From the NCBI GenBank assembly GCA_013239625.1, contig MU053934.1, positions 9,569,352 to 9,633,351 on the forward strand: a stretch of 64,000 nt of DNA, read 5' to 3'. Positions 22,384 through 36,122 of this stretch are shown in pieces. How positions within the stretch are numbered: position 1 is the first letter of the stretch; every line of letters starts with the position of its first letter. Made by a program: the position numbers and the translations under genes. The notes under the pieces are model-generated. The model made no database searches and had not been told where the DNA came from. It worked only from the letters and a program-made list of their open reading frames with translations. Origin of the DNA: Lama guanicoe. Lineage: Eukaryota.

Positions 22384-25300
22384 AAAATTACTACATTAAA
22401 AATCGTTTATTTAAATATAATGATATATGCCTCGTAATAAAAATAAGCAAAATTATAGAATACATTTGTGATATACTTCACAAATATAAAATAACATTTC
22501 AGTATGAATAAAAGCAATCACTAGTGAAAGGTTTCAGCACAAAGTCACTAGGCATGGTTAAATCTGAACATGCAGGATGTAAAAAAAATGTTTAAGGGAT
22601 TTTTTTTCAAAGTTCATTTCTGTTGTTATCGTTACTCATAATCTGTTAAGATTCTAATCCCAAAAAATCTTCCAGTCTAGTGAGGGAGACAGACTAGCTG
22701 ACTAGTATAACACAGAGAGATCAGCTGAGGCACTGAGGCTGAAGGTGTCCAGAAAAGGAACACAGCCCAGAGAGGGGAGATCTGGGAGGCCTTCCTGGAA
22801 GAGGTGGTACCTTAAAGGAAGAATGGAAGTGGTAGGAGGAGATGACCTGCTGAAGCTAAAGCAAGGCAGGTGTGGTGGATTGCAAATAGAGAGGCTGGAG
22901 AGAGAGGCTGTCCCCAGGTGTGGGGCCCAGGGGCTCTGCCCTGGCCTAACAGTCTGCCAGGAGAGCAGGGTTGTGGCGAGTCAGTGGGCTGTGCAGGCAG
23001 GACAGAGCCTGGCGGCTGGTGGGTAAGGGAAGTGAGGGCCCAGCCGAAGGGCTGGACCAGCAGCTTGGGGAAGAGTCAGGGGCCTGCAGCTTGCTGACTT
23101 GGGCCATGCTGACCTTCATTACCCTTGACCCTGACAGTGACCTTCCAAGGACAGCCTTACTTCTCCCCACAAAGACACTGAGGAGCTGAGAGGCGAGGCA
23201 ATTGGCCAAGTTTGCCCAGCAGAGCTGGGGTAAGAGCTCAGGCTCTTAGCTTGGCTCTGCTCCCCAAACAAAATGGGTGATGGGGACAGGGAGCCTCTCT
23301 CAGGGATGAACCCCAGGTCACCCACATGGCTGCCCGAACCTTTCTTTCAAGGCTGTGCCTGGCCCCAGGAGCCCAGCATTCCATGGGATCCTGCCCTTAA
23401 GAAATCCCCCAGTCCAGAAAGTTCCAGTTGGACCTCAGGTCCTGCCAAGAGGCCCTTCCCCAGCTGACTTCTTGGGCTCCCTTCCAAAAGGGGCAGCAGT
23501 GACTGGGCGAGGAGGCCCAGGTCCGGCTGGGAGCCGGCCTTCTGTTTCCCTAACATCCTGGTGCGTGAGTGGAGGATACATGGGGCAGCCAGCCTGGGTT
23601 CCTGCTGTTCTGTTTATTTGCCAAAGCATGCCCCATCCTGTAACTTCTTCCTCTAATTGGCTGGATCAATCACCTCCACTGGTTTCCAACAAGATGCCAG
23701 AGTGTATTTTTAGACCAAAGGAGCAGGTAGGGCTGGAAGAGTCACTGCGAGGGCAAGTTGGAGGGAAGGAAGGGGCTAGTGAGTGTCCCCTCCCTGGTAT
23801 GGGCTTGAGATGGGACACTGAGCAGTCTGTCCGCTGTGTGTTTGCAGAAGCAGAGGTGAGTAACTTTCAGCTGATCAACCTTGGCCTAGGAGGTTCCAGC
23901 CTAAAAAGGGGAGCTGATTTCCCCCCGCCAGGCCACACACCGGGTGGCCCATCCCAAGCCTGGAGGCTGGGCCTGAACACACTTCCAAAGCACAGAGCAT
24001 GAGAGGCCAGGCATAATTCACACAAGCGCTCAGCTGGAGCTGTCACATGTCTGCTTTCCCCCAGAGAGGCCGGAAAAAATGCCTCCCTCGTGGCCGTTGG
24101 CAGCTGGCTCCTAGGGGCCTGTCACAGTCATACCCCGAGCACAGTGCAGAATCCCGAGCTGGCCGGGGACGTCTGAGGTGAGCCAGCCCAGCCTCTCAGT
24201 TTACAGCTGGGAACAGACGTGGGGCGGCCGTAGCTGTCCAAGGTCACAGAGCCCGGGAGGGGAGTGGTAGGCGGAGTGGAAAAGGCGAGAACACGTGAGC
24301 CAGGCCGAGCGGCCCCGGGTCCAGGCCTACAGCTCCAGGTATGAGGGTCAGGGCAATGGGGCAGGCTCTCAGCCTCAGTTTCCACAGCTGGGAGCAGCGA
24401 GGCCACAGCTGCTTGCAGAGCTGTTTGGGGCTGAGCAGCGCTGAGCACAACTGCCCTGTGTCCAGGGGACACACCATCAATGACTGCCCCAGGCACCCGG
24501 CCCCCTGCCCAGGAAGAGGGCAGGGACCCGCTTTCCCCTGGATCAACAGCACCCTGAAGGGACCTGCTCAAAAATTCCTGGTTAGTTAGCACCTGCCCTG
24601 CCCCCCACAACCAGGCGCAGTGGGGACACGTGGAGCGGGAGGGACAGGCCCAGTCTTCGAGCTGTTGAACGTCCAGACCAAAAGACAAATAATGTCATTG
24701 ACAACTGAGCTAATGGCTCAAGCGTCTGTGTCCAGGAACAGCAGACCAGGCTATTTGGACCGACTCCCTTTTTGGAAACAAGTAGAAGTTTGGGCTGAAA
24801 AAGTTATTTTAAAAATGATGTTCAAAGCCTCTAAGAGTGGCCAAGACCATGGAGAACCTCCAGCAGGAGCAGGGACTTGGCGCTGCAGCCACTTCTGTCC
24901 TGACGGCCTGTGCCAATCTGGAAAGGCTGGGCCTTGACCTTGTGAAGGAGGGACATGTGAGGACGGAAGTCAAAGTGTGAGGCAGCTAAGCAGGGACTCT
25001 CCCTTGCATGAGGCTGGTGGCCAGGGAGTCGGACCCAAGGGGGCACAAACCACCTTGCTCTCCCGGAGGAAGTCAGGGCTGGGGTCGCCGGGGAGGTGTC
25101 ACGCTGGGAGAGCAGCAGCTCAGGCCTCGGTGTCGCTCAGTGATTACTAGATCCTTTTTTGGAGGGGGGATGGGGCTGGGGATGTTTTCAAATCAAACCG
25201 AGCACTGGCGCTTGCCCAGAAATTTGATTAACCTAAGGTTTCCACTTAGAGAAGCGAAGTGACAGTCCCCTAGTCTGTCTTTCCCACCAGCCATCTAAGG

Positions 25301-25699
25301 ACCCTGCCTGCCAGGGTGCCGGTCCCACGGCCTTCTGCCCCATGCCACTGGCGCCTTCTAAAGGGTTCCAGCGTTGATTGCCTTGGTGTATTGTGTAGAT
25401 TTCAGCTTCCCTCCTGCTCCAACCGACTCACTCCCCTGCACGCCTCAGGCTTCCAGGCAGAGGGTACGCTCATCCCCGGGGCCTGGCCGCACTCCAAGGG
25501 TACCCGACGGCATGTGAGCTGGGGCCCCGAGTGGGTGTAACGCCTGTCCACACTCTGCTCCCGCATTTTATCAAAGATCAAAATCAGGCCCTCACGGAGG
25601 ATTTGACACTTCAGGCTGCAAGTCTCAACACAAGCCGAAGTGTTGCCGTGAAAATAAATATCGTAAGTCGACCTGGAGGAGGGAGCTGGGCACGCAGGC

Positions 25700-25905
25700 T
25701 GGGAACACGTCAGGAGGCCTTCGCAATGGGCTGTGTTTTTCAGTAAACACTGCTCGCCTGGGCCAGCGTGGCCTGGACTTCGGGCTCACAAACCAACATT
25801 TTACACAAGTTCGGGGACAGATCCGGGGTGCCAAGTCAGAACACACCGTCCCTATCAACACCTCATCTGAGACATTTTTAATAAGAAAAGGCATTTCCAA
25901 GAACA
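25700..25905. promoter_or_regulatory. Candidate hepatic/hormone-responsive enhancer ~5 kb upstream of PPARA
   Basis: Clustered motifs: C/EBP-like TTCGCAAT (25720), FOX GTAAACA (25743), HNF4-like TGGACTTCGGGCT (25774), C/EBP/PAR-like TTACACAA (25801), NFI half-site TGCCAA (25829), GRE-like AGAACAcacCGTCCC (25838), STAT TTCCAAGAA (25895). Motif evidence only. Confidence 0.4.
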
Positions 25906-28900
25906 ACCAAAAAGTGTAAAGGACACACTCGGGGAGAAAAAAGGATATTTCTTTAAATCGACTAGATGCAGCCCTGCAGAAAACACTCTGCAAAGTTCTT
26001 TTGCGGCTTTTGCCACAGACCAGGAACACTCTGTCAAATGTGGCCTGTCCCTTTAGGAGACCGAGGTCCACAGTCCGCTTCCTCATATGAGTGAAATCTA
26101 AGGCCTGGAGATGCTGGCAGAACGCGCTGGCAGTTCCCTCGCACTGATGTCTCAGAGGCTGGGGGTCCGCAGGCTGCGCGGGCTTGACTGGCTGGCGGGC
26201 TTTTCTGTAAAAGGCAGAGACTGGCCTAGATCTGAGGATCGAGCTGGGGAGCAAGTAACAGACACTCACCTGGTGTCCGAGAGGTTCGAGGCCTCCATCA
26301 CATCAGCTACACTGAGCAACGAGGCAGGCAGGGGAGCGGGGCTGGAATGACAGGCCTGAACTCGACAAGAGCCCTGGGTTGGGGGGGGGGTGGCAACACA
26401 GGGAAGAAGGCGGCTTTGTGGGTGGGACGGATGCCAGACAGGCTTTCTGGAGGAGGTGACCCTTGGCAGAGCCCTCAGGCAAGTGGTCACCAAGTCTCAA
26501 AGGTGACTCACCTAGCAGGTCTTGTCTCTGCACTTCCTACACGATCCTTCCTAATTCTCAACCTAGAGCTCACGGAGGTCAGCGTTGCCACCCCTTTTGG
26601 TTTATGAGGAAGTTCAGGTAGGAGGTCAAGTCGTTTGTTCAAGGTTACAGTGTGAGCGAAAGGCAGAGCAGGGTCATGGATCCAGGTCTGACTCCAAATC
26701 CCAGGTTCCGTCCACTAATTTCATGTCCCAGGTAGAGGCAATGACACCTATATCACACTCATCATGCATTCGTGGGTCAGCACACCTGTCTCATCTCTGC
26801 AGGGCCCGCCCACAGCAATGCAGTTCACAGCAGGGACCCCTACCCGGGGCAGATAATTGTGAACCCCATCTCTAGCAGAGCAGAATGTCCTTTATTGACC
26901 AAATTCATCTATACATCAGCTTTACCAAGAGAGTCTCACCTGCCAGGCCACACAGGTTCTGAAGCTCCAAGGCCACGCTCTGAACTGGACAAAACACATC
27001 AACGACCCAGCCCACCTCAGGGAGCTTGAGTCACCTGGGATGGAAGAGCACATGCTGACCCTTGGGAGGGAAGGTGTGGGGGGCAGCCCTGCTGTGGGCG
27101 GGCTGCCTTGGACTTCTCAAGAATGACAGACACAAGCATTAGAAACGGAGACCCACGTCAGGTGGAGCCTGTTGCAAAGCCAGTCTGTAACCTTAGGCCA
27201 GGGACAGGCTGCTCACCAAAGCGGCCTGGTGTCCAGGACAGCGACCGTGGCTGGGCCTGCAGAAGGTTCCAGACCCTGCAGACTTCCAGTAAGTGCACAG
27301 TTTGCCCAGCACCACCACCACCTCTGCCTCAGTAATGGCAACTGATTCACATGTATCATGTTTTCTTTGTTACTAGTCTGGGGTCTAGCCAAACTCCCCA
27401 CGGGGCCGTAAGTCACTGCCCACCTCTGCCTGTCTTGTGCCATTTGCACTCTCGCCTTGAATGTGGCCTCCTTCTCCTGCCACAGGCTTCTGTGCATGCT
27501 GCTGCCGCCCCCCTGGGGTGCCGGGGCCAAGACTGATCCTTAACGGTGTGCTTCTGGGTCTCCCAGAGACTGCCGGGGTATCAGGCCAGGAGAGACCCCA
27601 TTGCCAACCCATGGGGTTACCTGGGGTTGCTGTGGAGGGTAGATGGGTTTGGTCTCTGAGAGTCCAGTTCTTGCTCCATCTTGGAGACCTCAGCCAAGGG
27701 CTGTTGTTTCCTCGGTTTCCACCTCTGCAAAACTAGGATGAACCCAGCTGCTCTGCGGGGCCATGGTGGGTTTAGGGTCCATGCCTAAATGTGGCAAGAC
27801 TTTGTTACGTGGACCCCTGAGGTCCTGCCGTCGATACTAGGAGGCCAGCCATGGGCCACGGAGCAGCTCTAGACTTGCTGACAGTAAACTCTCTCAGTCT
27901 GTGTCTCCTGCCCCTGCTGACTTCCACCACCTGACCTGAGGCCACGCTGCCAGGAGATCAGAGGCCACTGCCCTGGCTGATAATATCCTGGAAGCACACA
28001 CTCTGTCCCATTGGGAGGCAGATCAGCAAAGGGCAAACAAGTGACCTGCAGAGGCTTTGGACAGTTCCTGGAAAAGAGCTTATCCAAACTACAGGGCAAA
28101 CAGACAGATTCCTGTGTAAGGCCTGGACCCCAGACCCATGGGAGATGCTTCACCCCAGCAGGGGTCAGGGCCAGCCTCTGAGCAGATGGCCAACATCACC
28201 TGCTTGCACATTCAAGGTCTAACCGCTGCCTGGTGTCTAGTGGCAGGAGCCTCATCCTGCTCCCCCTTTCTCCTCCTCTGAATGTCCCAGCTCCCTGATT
28301 CTCCTTTGGAGACCGAGAGACAGCCCTGGATGCTCTGGTGAGACTGGGCATGTGGGTATATCCAGGAGTGGCTCAGCAGGGCAGCTGTGAGCACCACGGA
28401 CCCACTTCCAACCCTGGGCTCTGCAACTTGCCAGTGTGACCTGGTACAGGGCATAGGGGGGCCTCTGTGTCTCAGGGTCCCTATTCCAGTGTGGGCATAA
28501 TAATAATAATTTCTCCAAACACCTTCAAGATTAGAAAACATGAAACAGAACCTGAAACAGCATCAGCACCCAATAAATGGCAGCTATGAACTAAGATACA
28601 CGGCCCCCTAAATGCTCCAAGTATCTACCAAGTCTGCAGAGAGAAACTCCGGTGATGCTCAGATGCGTATTCAAGAGAACTAACTTGTCCCCGGAGTTAT
28701 GAAGTTCTCAGTCCCTGCGCAGGAGGCTGTCTACCTGCTGTTGTGTCGCCCATGCTCCATCAATACTTTGTCCTTTGGGAAGTTTCCCCTCTGCTGGGCG
28801 TGACAGCTTTCTCATGGCCAAGAGAAGTCTGCTCAAGGTAAACAGGAACCCACGGTCCCCTGGGGGCAGCATGTACTAATCTGTTTCATGGATCCTCCCG

Positions 28901-29550
28901 TGAGAAAAGCCCGGAGCACCCTTCCACTTTCTGCGTGGGGAGAGGGAGGCAAGGGACTGGCTGAGAGCCTTTGTTCAAAGGTGACAACATTCGTCACATG
29001 CAGGAAAAAGTCTTCTCTCCCTAAAACCTTGGAGCCCGAAGAACATCATTTCTCTATGTCTGCTGGACGTGCACACTACTCGGCTGAACTCTACGCAATT
29101 TCCTTTGTCCTTGTTCAAAACAATTTCTCCCAGATCTTTCCAACTGCCCAACGGAACTGGGATTATGGTCAACCATCACAGTGCATCTGGGAAAAGAAGT
29201 CAACACTCCTGTCTGGACTCTTGGTTCCTGATAGCCTGGGATCTGGAGTATGTCAGGAGACGTCTCGGAGCCTGGATGTCCTCATGAGGACATGATCTCA
29301 GTATGGGCAGCCTGTGGTCAGCTCCCTGAGCTTCTGTATCCATGACACCCAGCACAGTCCGACCCTAGCTGCATGAATAAATAACACTGTTGCCTGCCCG
29401 ACCTATGAGATATCCAGGATATAATGTACACAGATCACTTTGTAAACTCTGAAACATAACACAAAAATTGTCTCTTGCTATATATTATGTGCAATGAAAG
29501 TTGGGCTTCTCGGTGAATTAGTGGGAAGATTATGTGGGTGTCTGCAGGTT

Positions 29551-29563
29551 GGGGTGAAGTTCA
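29551..29563 (+). promoter_or_regulatory. Degenerate DR1 nuclear-receptor element upstream of PPARA
   Basis: GGGGTG-A-AGTTCA ~1.2 kb upstream of exon 1; position and sequence resemble the HNF4/COUP-TF/PPAR DR1 described in the human PPARA promoter. Confidence 0.45.
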
Positions 29564-29689
29564 CCACAGGTATGGAACCAATCAACAGGGTGAGTTTAAG
29601 ACCTCTGTGCAAGGCCAGGTACTGCCAGGTCTCCAGTGTCTCTGTGTAATGCGGGGATTTGTTTGGTGCTGCATTTCCTGCCCTGAGTA

Positions 29690-31900
29690 GGTCCTCCTGG
29701 GCGCTCGCTGCTACAAATAGAACAGTGGCAGGAACAGCGGGAGGGCAAGGAGCAGGGTTGGCATAGCACACATTTCGTTCCCAAAGGAGGGGCGTCCTGA
29801 TGCGCTGGCACCGGGGGCTTTGCATTCCGCGCGGGGAGCTCGGGCGTCACCGCGCAAACAAAGCCGCTTTGCAGCTTTTCCTTTTGCTCCTCGCCATTGG
29901 CTGCCGGGCCGCGACCTCCCCCCTGCGCTGGCAGAAGCCCAGCGCCTTAGCTGGGCGCAAAGTCAGTCCCTCACCCTCGACGCACGGGGGGAGGGGCACG
30001 GCTCTCCCCAGCAGGGGGTGGGGCGGGGGGCGGTTGGTCGCAGTTGGCCGCGACTCGCGGCACCCGGCCTGGTTGCCCTTCACCCTTCTGTGTCCCTCGC
30101 CCGCCTCACCCGCCCTGGCAACTCCGCCACCTGTTGACGCGTCCATGTCCTCCCAGTTTGCGTTCCCATTCCCCTTTTGCATCCTGGGGTCCCCGGGACA
30201 AGGTCCTTCCCCTCTCGCCCCGCCCTCTGCGCTATCCCGAGACTCGAGGTCACCCGCGCCTCTGCCCCGGGTCTAGACCAGTTCATTGCCCAGACCCGCA
30301 AAGCCCAGAGGAGGAGGGGCCTGGGCGCCGGGCGGGAACCTCCACCCGTCCCGCAGGCGCGGGGCCGAACATGCGCCGACGCCCAGCCGCACGCGGTGTG
30401 CCATCGCGGCTCTGTGCCCACCCGCCCGGTGACCTGGCAGTCCCTCCGCCTCCCCCGCCTCAGTTTCCCCACTGGTGCAGTGCCTGCGGGGAAGGAGGTG
30501 GGAGCCGCTGAGAGGGGCCCCACCCCGCCCCGCGGGCATCCAATCGGGCGCCGCCACCCGGGGGGTGTGTCCCACGCGGGGCGGGCCCGGGGGCGGGGCT
30601 TCCTGGCCGGCCACCCGCGCGAGCGGCCGCAGCTACCCGGCCCGAGCGGGGGCAAAGGGGCGGCGCGTGCCGCTGGGGCGCGGCTGGCACGGACGCGGGG
30701 AGGCGGCGCCGGGCGTGGGCGGGGGACGCGGCGGCCCCACGGCGGGGGCAGCGGGCGGCGGGGGCGGAGGCGGCCGCTAGCGCCCAGCCCGGCGCCGCCT
30801 CCCTCCGCGAGCTCGCCCGGCGGACAGGCAGGCAGCGGACTGCGGCTCCAGGTGCCAGGGGGCGGGCGGGCGCACTCAGGGGTCTGCGGCCGGGACTTCC
30901 CCCGTCGCGCGACCCAGAGCGGCGGCGGACGGGGAGGGGCCCGGCGGCGCATGCGCGGGGCCCAGGGGCGCGGGGCGAGGGCACTTGCGACCGGCTCTTG
31001 AGGGGGATCCCGGGGCCCAGGGGGCCGCCCCTTGCTCGGCCTCCCTCCGAGCGTCCAGGGCCTGCCCGGAGCTCCGGCTTACGCAGCTGTCGGTGGGGCT
31101 GGGGGCTGGGGGCTGGGCAGAGGTGGAGGCCAGGGACCTCAGAGACATTGGGGTCCTCAGGTTGTCGCCCGGAGAGAAGGCCTACCAGGCGGGGACATCG
31201 GGCGCACCTTTCCTTCAGCGTGGTCGAGTTTGGGCGTCGGCGACGGGGGGGCGTTTCCCGAGACCTACAGGGATCCCCTAGGCGAGGTGGCCGGAGGCCC
31301 CGACAGACCGACCCTCCGGGCCGTGCGCGGGGCGGTTAGGATCCGACGGGAGAGACTCACACGCGGGTTAGTTCACCTTTGAGGAACTTCCCCACTTTGC
31401 GCCTGAGCGCAGTCGGGCGACCCAGACGGGCCGGGCCGGGCCGGGTGAGCCCAGGGCAGTCTCCGCCACGGGACTTCCTTCCAAGCCCGGGGCCCTCGCG
31501 TCCGGCGCGGGGCGTCGGCGCCCAGGTCTCCCCGAGTCCCCGGCTGCGCAGCTTGGTGCTGGCGGAAGTCCGGAGGGTCGGTTCTGCCGCACGCCCTCCC
31601 CAGACTAACAGGGAACAACTGCACGGCCGTGCTTCCCTCGCCTGTCTCAGTTTAAAGGCTGGACCCCGTGCCCCAAATGTCAAGGTTCTTTCTAAGAAAA
31701 GTCCGCAGTTGTATAACGTGTTGGAGTTCGTGGGGCGCTCCGGAACGTTCGGGGCTGCTTGCCCACCCCAGTGCCAACCACCTCTCCGCAAACCAGCGAG
31801 CCCCCTCCTCTCCCAGGGCTGCTTGGGAAGCGGTGCGGGCCGGGCCCGGAGGGGAGCGGGGGTGCAGGGTCTCCTGGGGACGACCCTACCACACTATGGC
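29690..31900 (+). promoter_or_regulatory. PPARA: CpG-island, TATA-less promoter of PPARA
   Basis: Very high GC and CpG density, multiple GGGCGG GC boxes (e.g. ~30580-30600, 30717-30770), CCAAT at 30540; contains exon 1. Confidence 0.92.
30792..30851 (+). other. PPARA: PPARA non-coding exon 1 (start approximate)
   Basis: gcgccgcctccctccgcgagctcgcccggcggacaggcaggcagcggactgcggctccag resembles the recalled 5' end of human PPARA mRNA; ends at donor CAG|GTGCCA. Confidence 0.8.
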
Positions 31901-32010
31901 CGTTGAAAAAGCAGGGTCAGGGTGACTTTCCTCTTCCAAGGTGGTGGAGAGTTGGGGAGAATCCAGAGGACATATCGTAATCATTTCCTCCTTTACCTTC
32001 TTACTGCCAG

Positions 32011-32093
32011 GGCTGCAGTGAAAGGCCCTGCCTCCTCTGTGAAGTAACAGTTCGTGGCAAGACAAGCCCAGAACCAAGACGCTGTCATCACAG
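32011..32093 (+). other. PPARA: PPARA non-coding exon 2
   Basis: Polypyrimidine tract plus CAG acceptor at 32008-32010; aacagttcgtggcaagacaagcccagaac..gctgtcatcacag matches recalled human PPARA 5'UTR; donor CAG|GTAAAT. Confidence 0.88.
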
Positions 32094-34696
32094 GTAAATG
32101 GAAGGTTCGATTTACTCATTTTTCCAGACTGCAGTGTTTAAGTGCTGCTTCCATTGCCCTGCAGACTAGCACTGGGGGTTAATTATTACTTTCTGATGCA
32201 ATGTTAGGTATATTTTCACTTCTTCGAAAGTCAGATAAATTGAGGATAGATGCTCTTTTAAGTTCTGAAAACTTTATGGTGTCAATGTCACCGGGCACTT
32301 CTTTCTGGCAGGCTGGTTCCATGTGATTTAAAACCAGTTAATATAACTGTGAGAAATGTTTTTATTTAACAGACACTTAAGTTACAGACACTTGAGAAGT
32401 GAAGAGCCATCACTTAGCTGTTTTAATTCCAATTTGAATAGCAAGCAAGTGGCCTTCTGAGCTAGCAGATCTGGTCTAGAACTGCCCTCAGCCAGGACAG
32501 TGGAACCCTGGAGAAGCGAGTGGGTGGTCCGGTTGCACGGTCACTGTGTGAAGGGCCAGGCAGTGAGCTTGACAAAATTCTCTACAACTTTGAAGCAACA
32601 GCAAATTAATTGACGATAGAAAAAAATTATTTCCCTCTTTTCACGTCTTAAGACATAAAAATAACTCCGTAATCATAAAATAGTTCTGTTTACTAGCTCA
32701 TGTTTGTCCAACTTGTAAAACATTTTTAAACGTAGTATGTGTATGTGGGAGAGAGAATGGGAGGGATGGAGGGAAAAAACGTGTTTCTTCTATATAAACT
32801 ATTGTGTGATCTGCTTATTAACTGTTAGGTTATGAAAAACCTTTCCATGTGAATAAATGTGTTTGTGTCTTATCATTTTAAATGTCCATATGATATTTCA
32901 TTGTGTTTAGATACAGTGATTATTAGGCCAGTCCATATATATATATTTAAAAACTCATTTATTCTAGAACTATTTACTGACTGGCTGCTGTGGGCTGTTG
33001 TGCTCAGAATCGAGCCAGGCAACAACCACAGATCTGCTCATGAAGATAATGTTTACCAGAATCTAAAAGAAGATGAACCTGGAGTGCAGAAAGGGAAATA
33101 TTTTTGCCATGACACCTTGTTGTGTAGTGGTTGGTAGCCAGTGGGTTTTTTTCTTGCATGTTGTCTGTGAACATCTGTGTTTTTATAATAAGGATTCTTT
33201 AAGTAATAGCTTTAAAAAAACTTTTATTAAAATGTTCCTTTGCTTACTGTGAACAGATTTTAAACATGCCAAGTTCTGTTTCCTCTCTCAGTCTGTGTGT
33301 GATGTACTCTTCATGGCAAATAGAATGAGTGTCTTAATTTCCAAGTGACCAGAGGTTTTGGTGAACAATTGTAATAGTTTTTTGCATTGCAGTTAGAGGA
33401 TGCAGTTAGAGGCCTGCATAATTTCTGCTGCTTTTGGGATTTGAGGGCCCCTGTTTTTATTTCTGTCCTTGGCAGCTTGGTTTAGAGTCACAGACTCTAT
33501 ATGTTTCATAGACATTTCAAATAATGATATAGTTTCTGTCTATAGGACAGACATTTGCTGGATCTTTTATTTCTACCTTATTCATTACATAGAACAAGCT
33601 AGCTCTCCTCTAAGGCCATGTGGTTAGGGTAAATCGGGCAAGGAATTTTGATTTCCCACTTGGTGTTAGGAAGAGCCCTAGGTGTCCCAGAGGACTGTAT
33701 TCAAGAGAACTCGTTTATTCTCCCAAGTACTTCCTTCACTTGCCTGTAGCGACCTGTCCTGTGGGTAACAGACATAACCTCGTTTGATCTGCTCGGTGTT
33801 TGGAGTCGTGCTCCTTCTTTTCTTCTAGAGCACTTAATTAGCATCTTGTGGAAGAGTGTACGCACATTAAAAGGTGAAAAATTTGCTCCCCACGAGTCAG
33901 ACCTATTATAGTTATTTCAGTGGTTGAGCTGCATTTGTTTTGAGGTCAGCATACAGTACAAGAAAGAGGATTGGAGTGTTTTGCTTTCCATCAGGGAAGC
34001 AGCTTGACATAGTGGAAAAGGCACTGGGTCTTCATGAGATTTGATTCTCATCCCTTCGAGGCCACCTGCCAGACTTGGCCATCTTTGTCCACCTCTCTAA
34101 AGGCTGTTTTCTCTTGCATAACGGAGTTCCTCTCCGATCCACCTCTCTGAAGGATTGGGAGGCTCAAAAGTGGTGGCTTACATGAAGATTCTTTGTAAAA
34201 TGTAAAAAACCGTCGTCAGCGCAGGCAGTGTCACACTGTACTGCCTGCTCTCCCTGAGCTGGCTCTGGTACCTGAACTCTGTTTGCTCTGACCATTTTGT
34301 GAGTTTCCAAAGGCTTTCGGAAAGAAACGCATCCCCTCGACCCTGTGTATATATACATTTTTTTTTCATTTTTGAGTAGGTAAACCGTAGTCCTACCCTA
34401 GTAAGAGTAAAACTGTCATGAGTGGTTCGTGTTTTCTCTGACTGTGGCTACGCCCTCAAGGTTTGATGGTGATGTATTTAGCATCGGTCCTCACTCCGGT
34501 ACACCTAGACCGTGAAAACAGTTGTTCCTCATCCTTGGAGGGTCTGTGGAAACGCAGGCTGGATGAGATCTTCCCCAGCTAGGGCTGCTCCTCGGTGCTA
34601 CCCACGTCTCTTTCCCATGGAGTCGACCTTGATAAGAGCAGAGTAAGTCTTACTCATCTCTGCCTTGCTGGTCCTGTATACCCAGGAGTGGCTTAC

Positions 34697-35034
34697 TCCA
34701 TCCCCCACATCTGCAGGTTCTGTATCCACCAGTTCAACCGACCGAAAATATGCAGGGGGAGCAATATTCCAGAAAGTTCCAAAAAGCAAAACTTGAATTT
34801 GCCGCACACCAATAATTGCTTACATAGCATTTACACTGTATTTACAACTATTGACATAGCCTGTATGTTAGGTATTACAAGTAATCTAGAGACGATTAAA
34901 ATATACAAAGGGTGCACGTGGGTTATATGCAGATACCACACCATTTTATATAAGGGATGTGAGCACCTGCAGATTTTGGTACCCGAGGGCAGGGGTCCTG
35001 GAACCCATCCCGTGAGGATGCCGAGGGATGACTG
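34697..35034. mobile_element. TcMar-Tigger non-autonomous element (MER2/Tigger3-like)
   Basis: ccagaaagttccaaaaagcaaaacttgaatttgccg, taggtattacaagtaatctagag and terminal gagggatgactg motifs. Confidence 0.85.
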
Positions 35035-36011
35035 TTCATTGACCAGATAAGGGGTTAATAGAATTTAATTCAACAAGTGCTAATTGATGTTTTCTACAGC
35101 CCTCAGATGGGGGTGGGAGCTGGCTAGGGGGGGACTAGCAGCACAGCAGGGGGCCTCCCACCGCAAGAGGATTTTCCTCAGGCATTTTGCAGCTTCCCTT
35201 GAATCTGCCGCAGCGAGAGCCTGTCCTTCTGTCACCACTAGGCAAGCGTGGCTCCCAGCGCAGAGGTGTTATAAAGGTCGCGGCTCAAATTATTCTATTC
35301 AGAATCATCACTAGAGTTGGGGGGTATTAAGCATTAAATAGACTGTGTCTGAGACGGCTAGAGAATCTGACAGAGAAGAATGCCCTTTTCCTGCAAGATC
35401 GTGGATTCCAATTCCAAGTAACTGACTCAGTGGGGGAAGGGGAGCAGTGTTTGTCTTAGCAGGGCAAGGGTCCCGCTGGCCCTCTTAACAGCGGCGATAA
35501 AGGCACACGCAGGAGAAACTGGAGGAAGCACTGATTTAACGTCTCCTGTGTTCCGGGAGGCAGCACTCATCTGACTGCTTTTATTTGTCTCTGCTTAAGG
35601 AGATCTGCAAATAAAGAGACCTGTGGTTTCTGTTCTGATCTGCTTGCTTCTACGCTTTTAAGTCAAGAGACCACATATAAACCTTTGAAAAAGTAGTACC
35701 TTGAATAGTGAGAGCTGGGGAAGCAAATACAGTGACTGATGGTCTCAAAGTTTATGAAGCTTCGTAGGGAAGGTTGGGTTTGCTAATGTAGTTAAGTAAA
35801 CAGTATGTTGTGGTTCCCCCCCCATTTTAGAGTGAGTGAGGCACCAAGTTCCTTGCAGCCATTTGTAACTGAATAAGTCTGTGGTTATGTGATAACCACA
35901 CTGAGGTGACAAATTGCCAAGCTCTAGTAAAAGAGACCCGGTTACTTAGAGGTTGACATGTGTATATATATGCCTCTTTCTGAAATAGGCTAAGAAGGTG
36001 TCACATGCCCG

Positions 36012-36122
36012 TTTATTTATTTGTTTTTACAAGACTTTTTTTTTTAATGGAGGTACTAGGGATTGAACCCAGGACCTCAGGCATGCTAAGCTTTCCCTCT
36101 ACCACTCAGCACGTCCTCTCCC
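36012..36122 (-). mobile_element. tRNA-derived SINE (Vic-1-like)
   Basis: Reverse complement of SINE head: ttaatggaggtactagggattgaacccaggacctc..gcatgctaagc..ctctaccactcagc. Confidence 0.85.

Noticed and set aside
29800..31906. Multiple long overlapping R/G/P/A-rich ORFs in the CpG island
   Set aside because: Typical CpG-island artefacts; the PPARA exons here are non-coding.
28667..33712. Exact 15-mer GTATTCAAGAGAACT on both sides of the PPARA CpG island (contains the common shRNA loop TTCAAGAGA)
   Set aside because: A few 15-bp matches are expected by chance in 64 kb; there is no flanking homology and no hairpin stems around the loop word.
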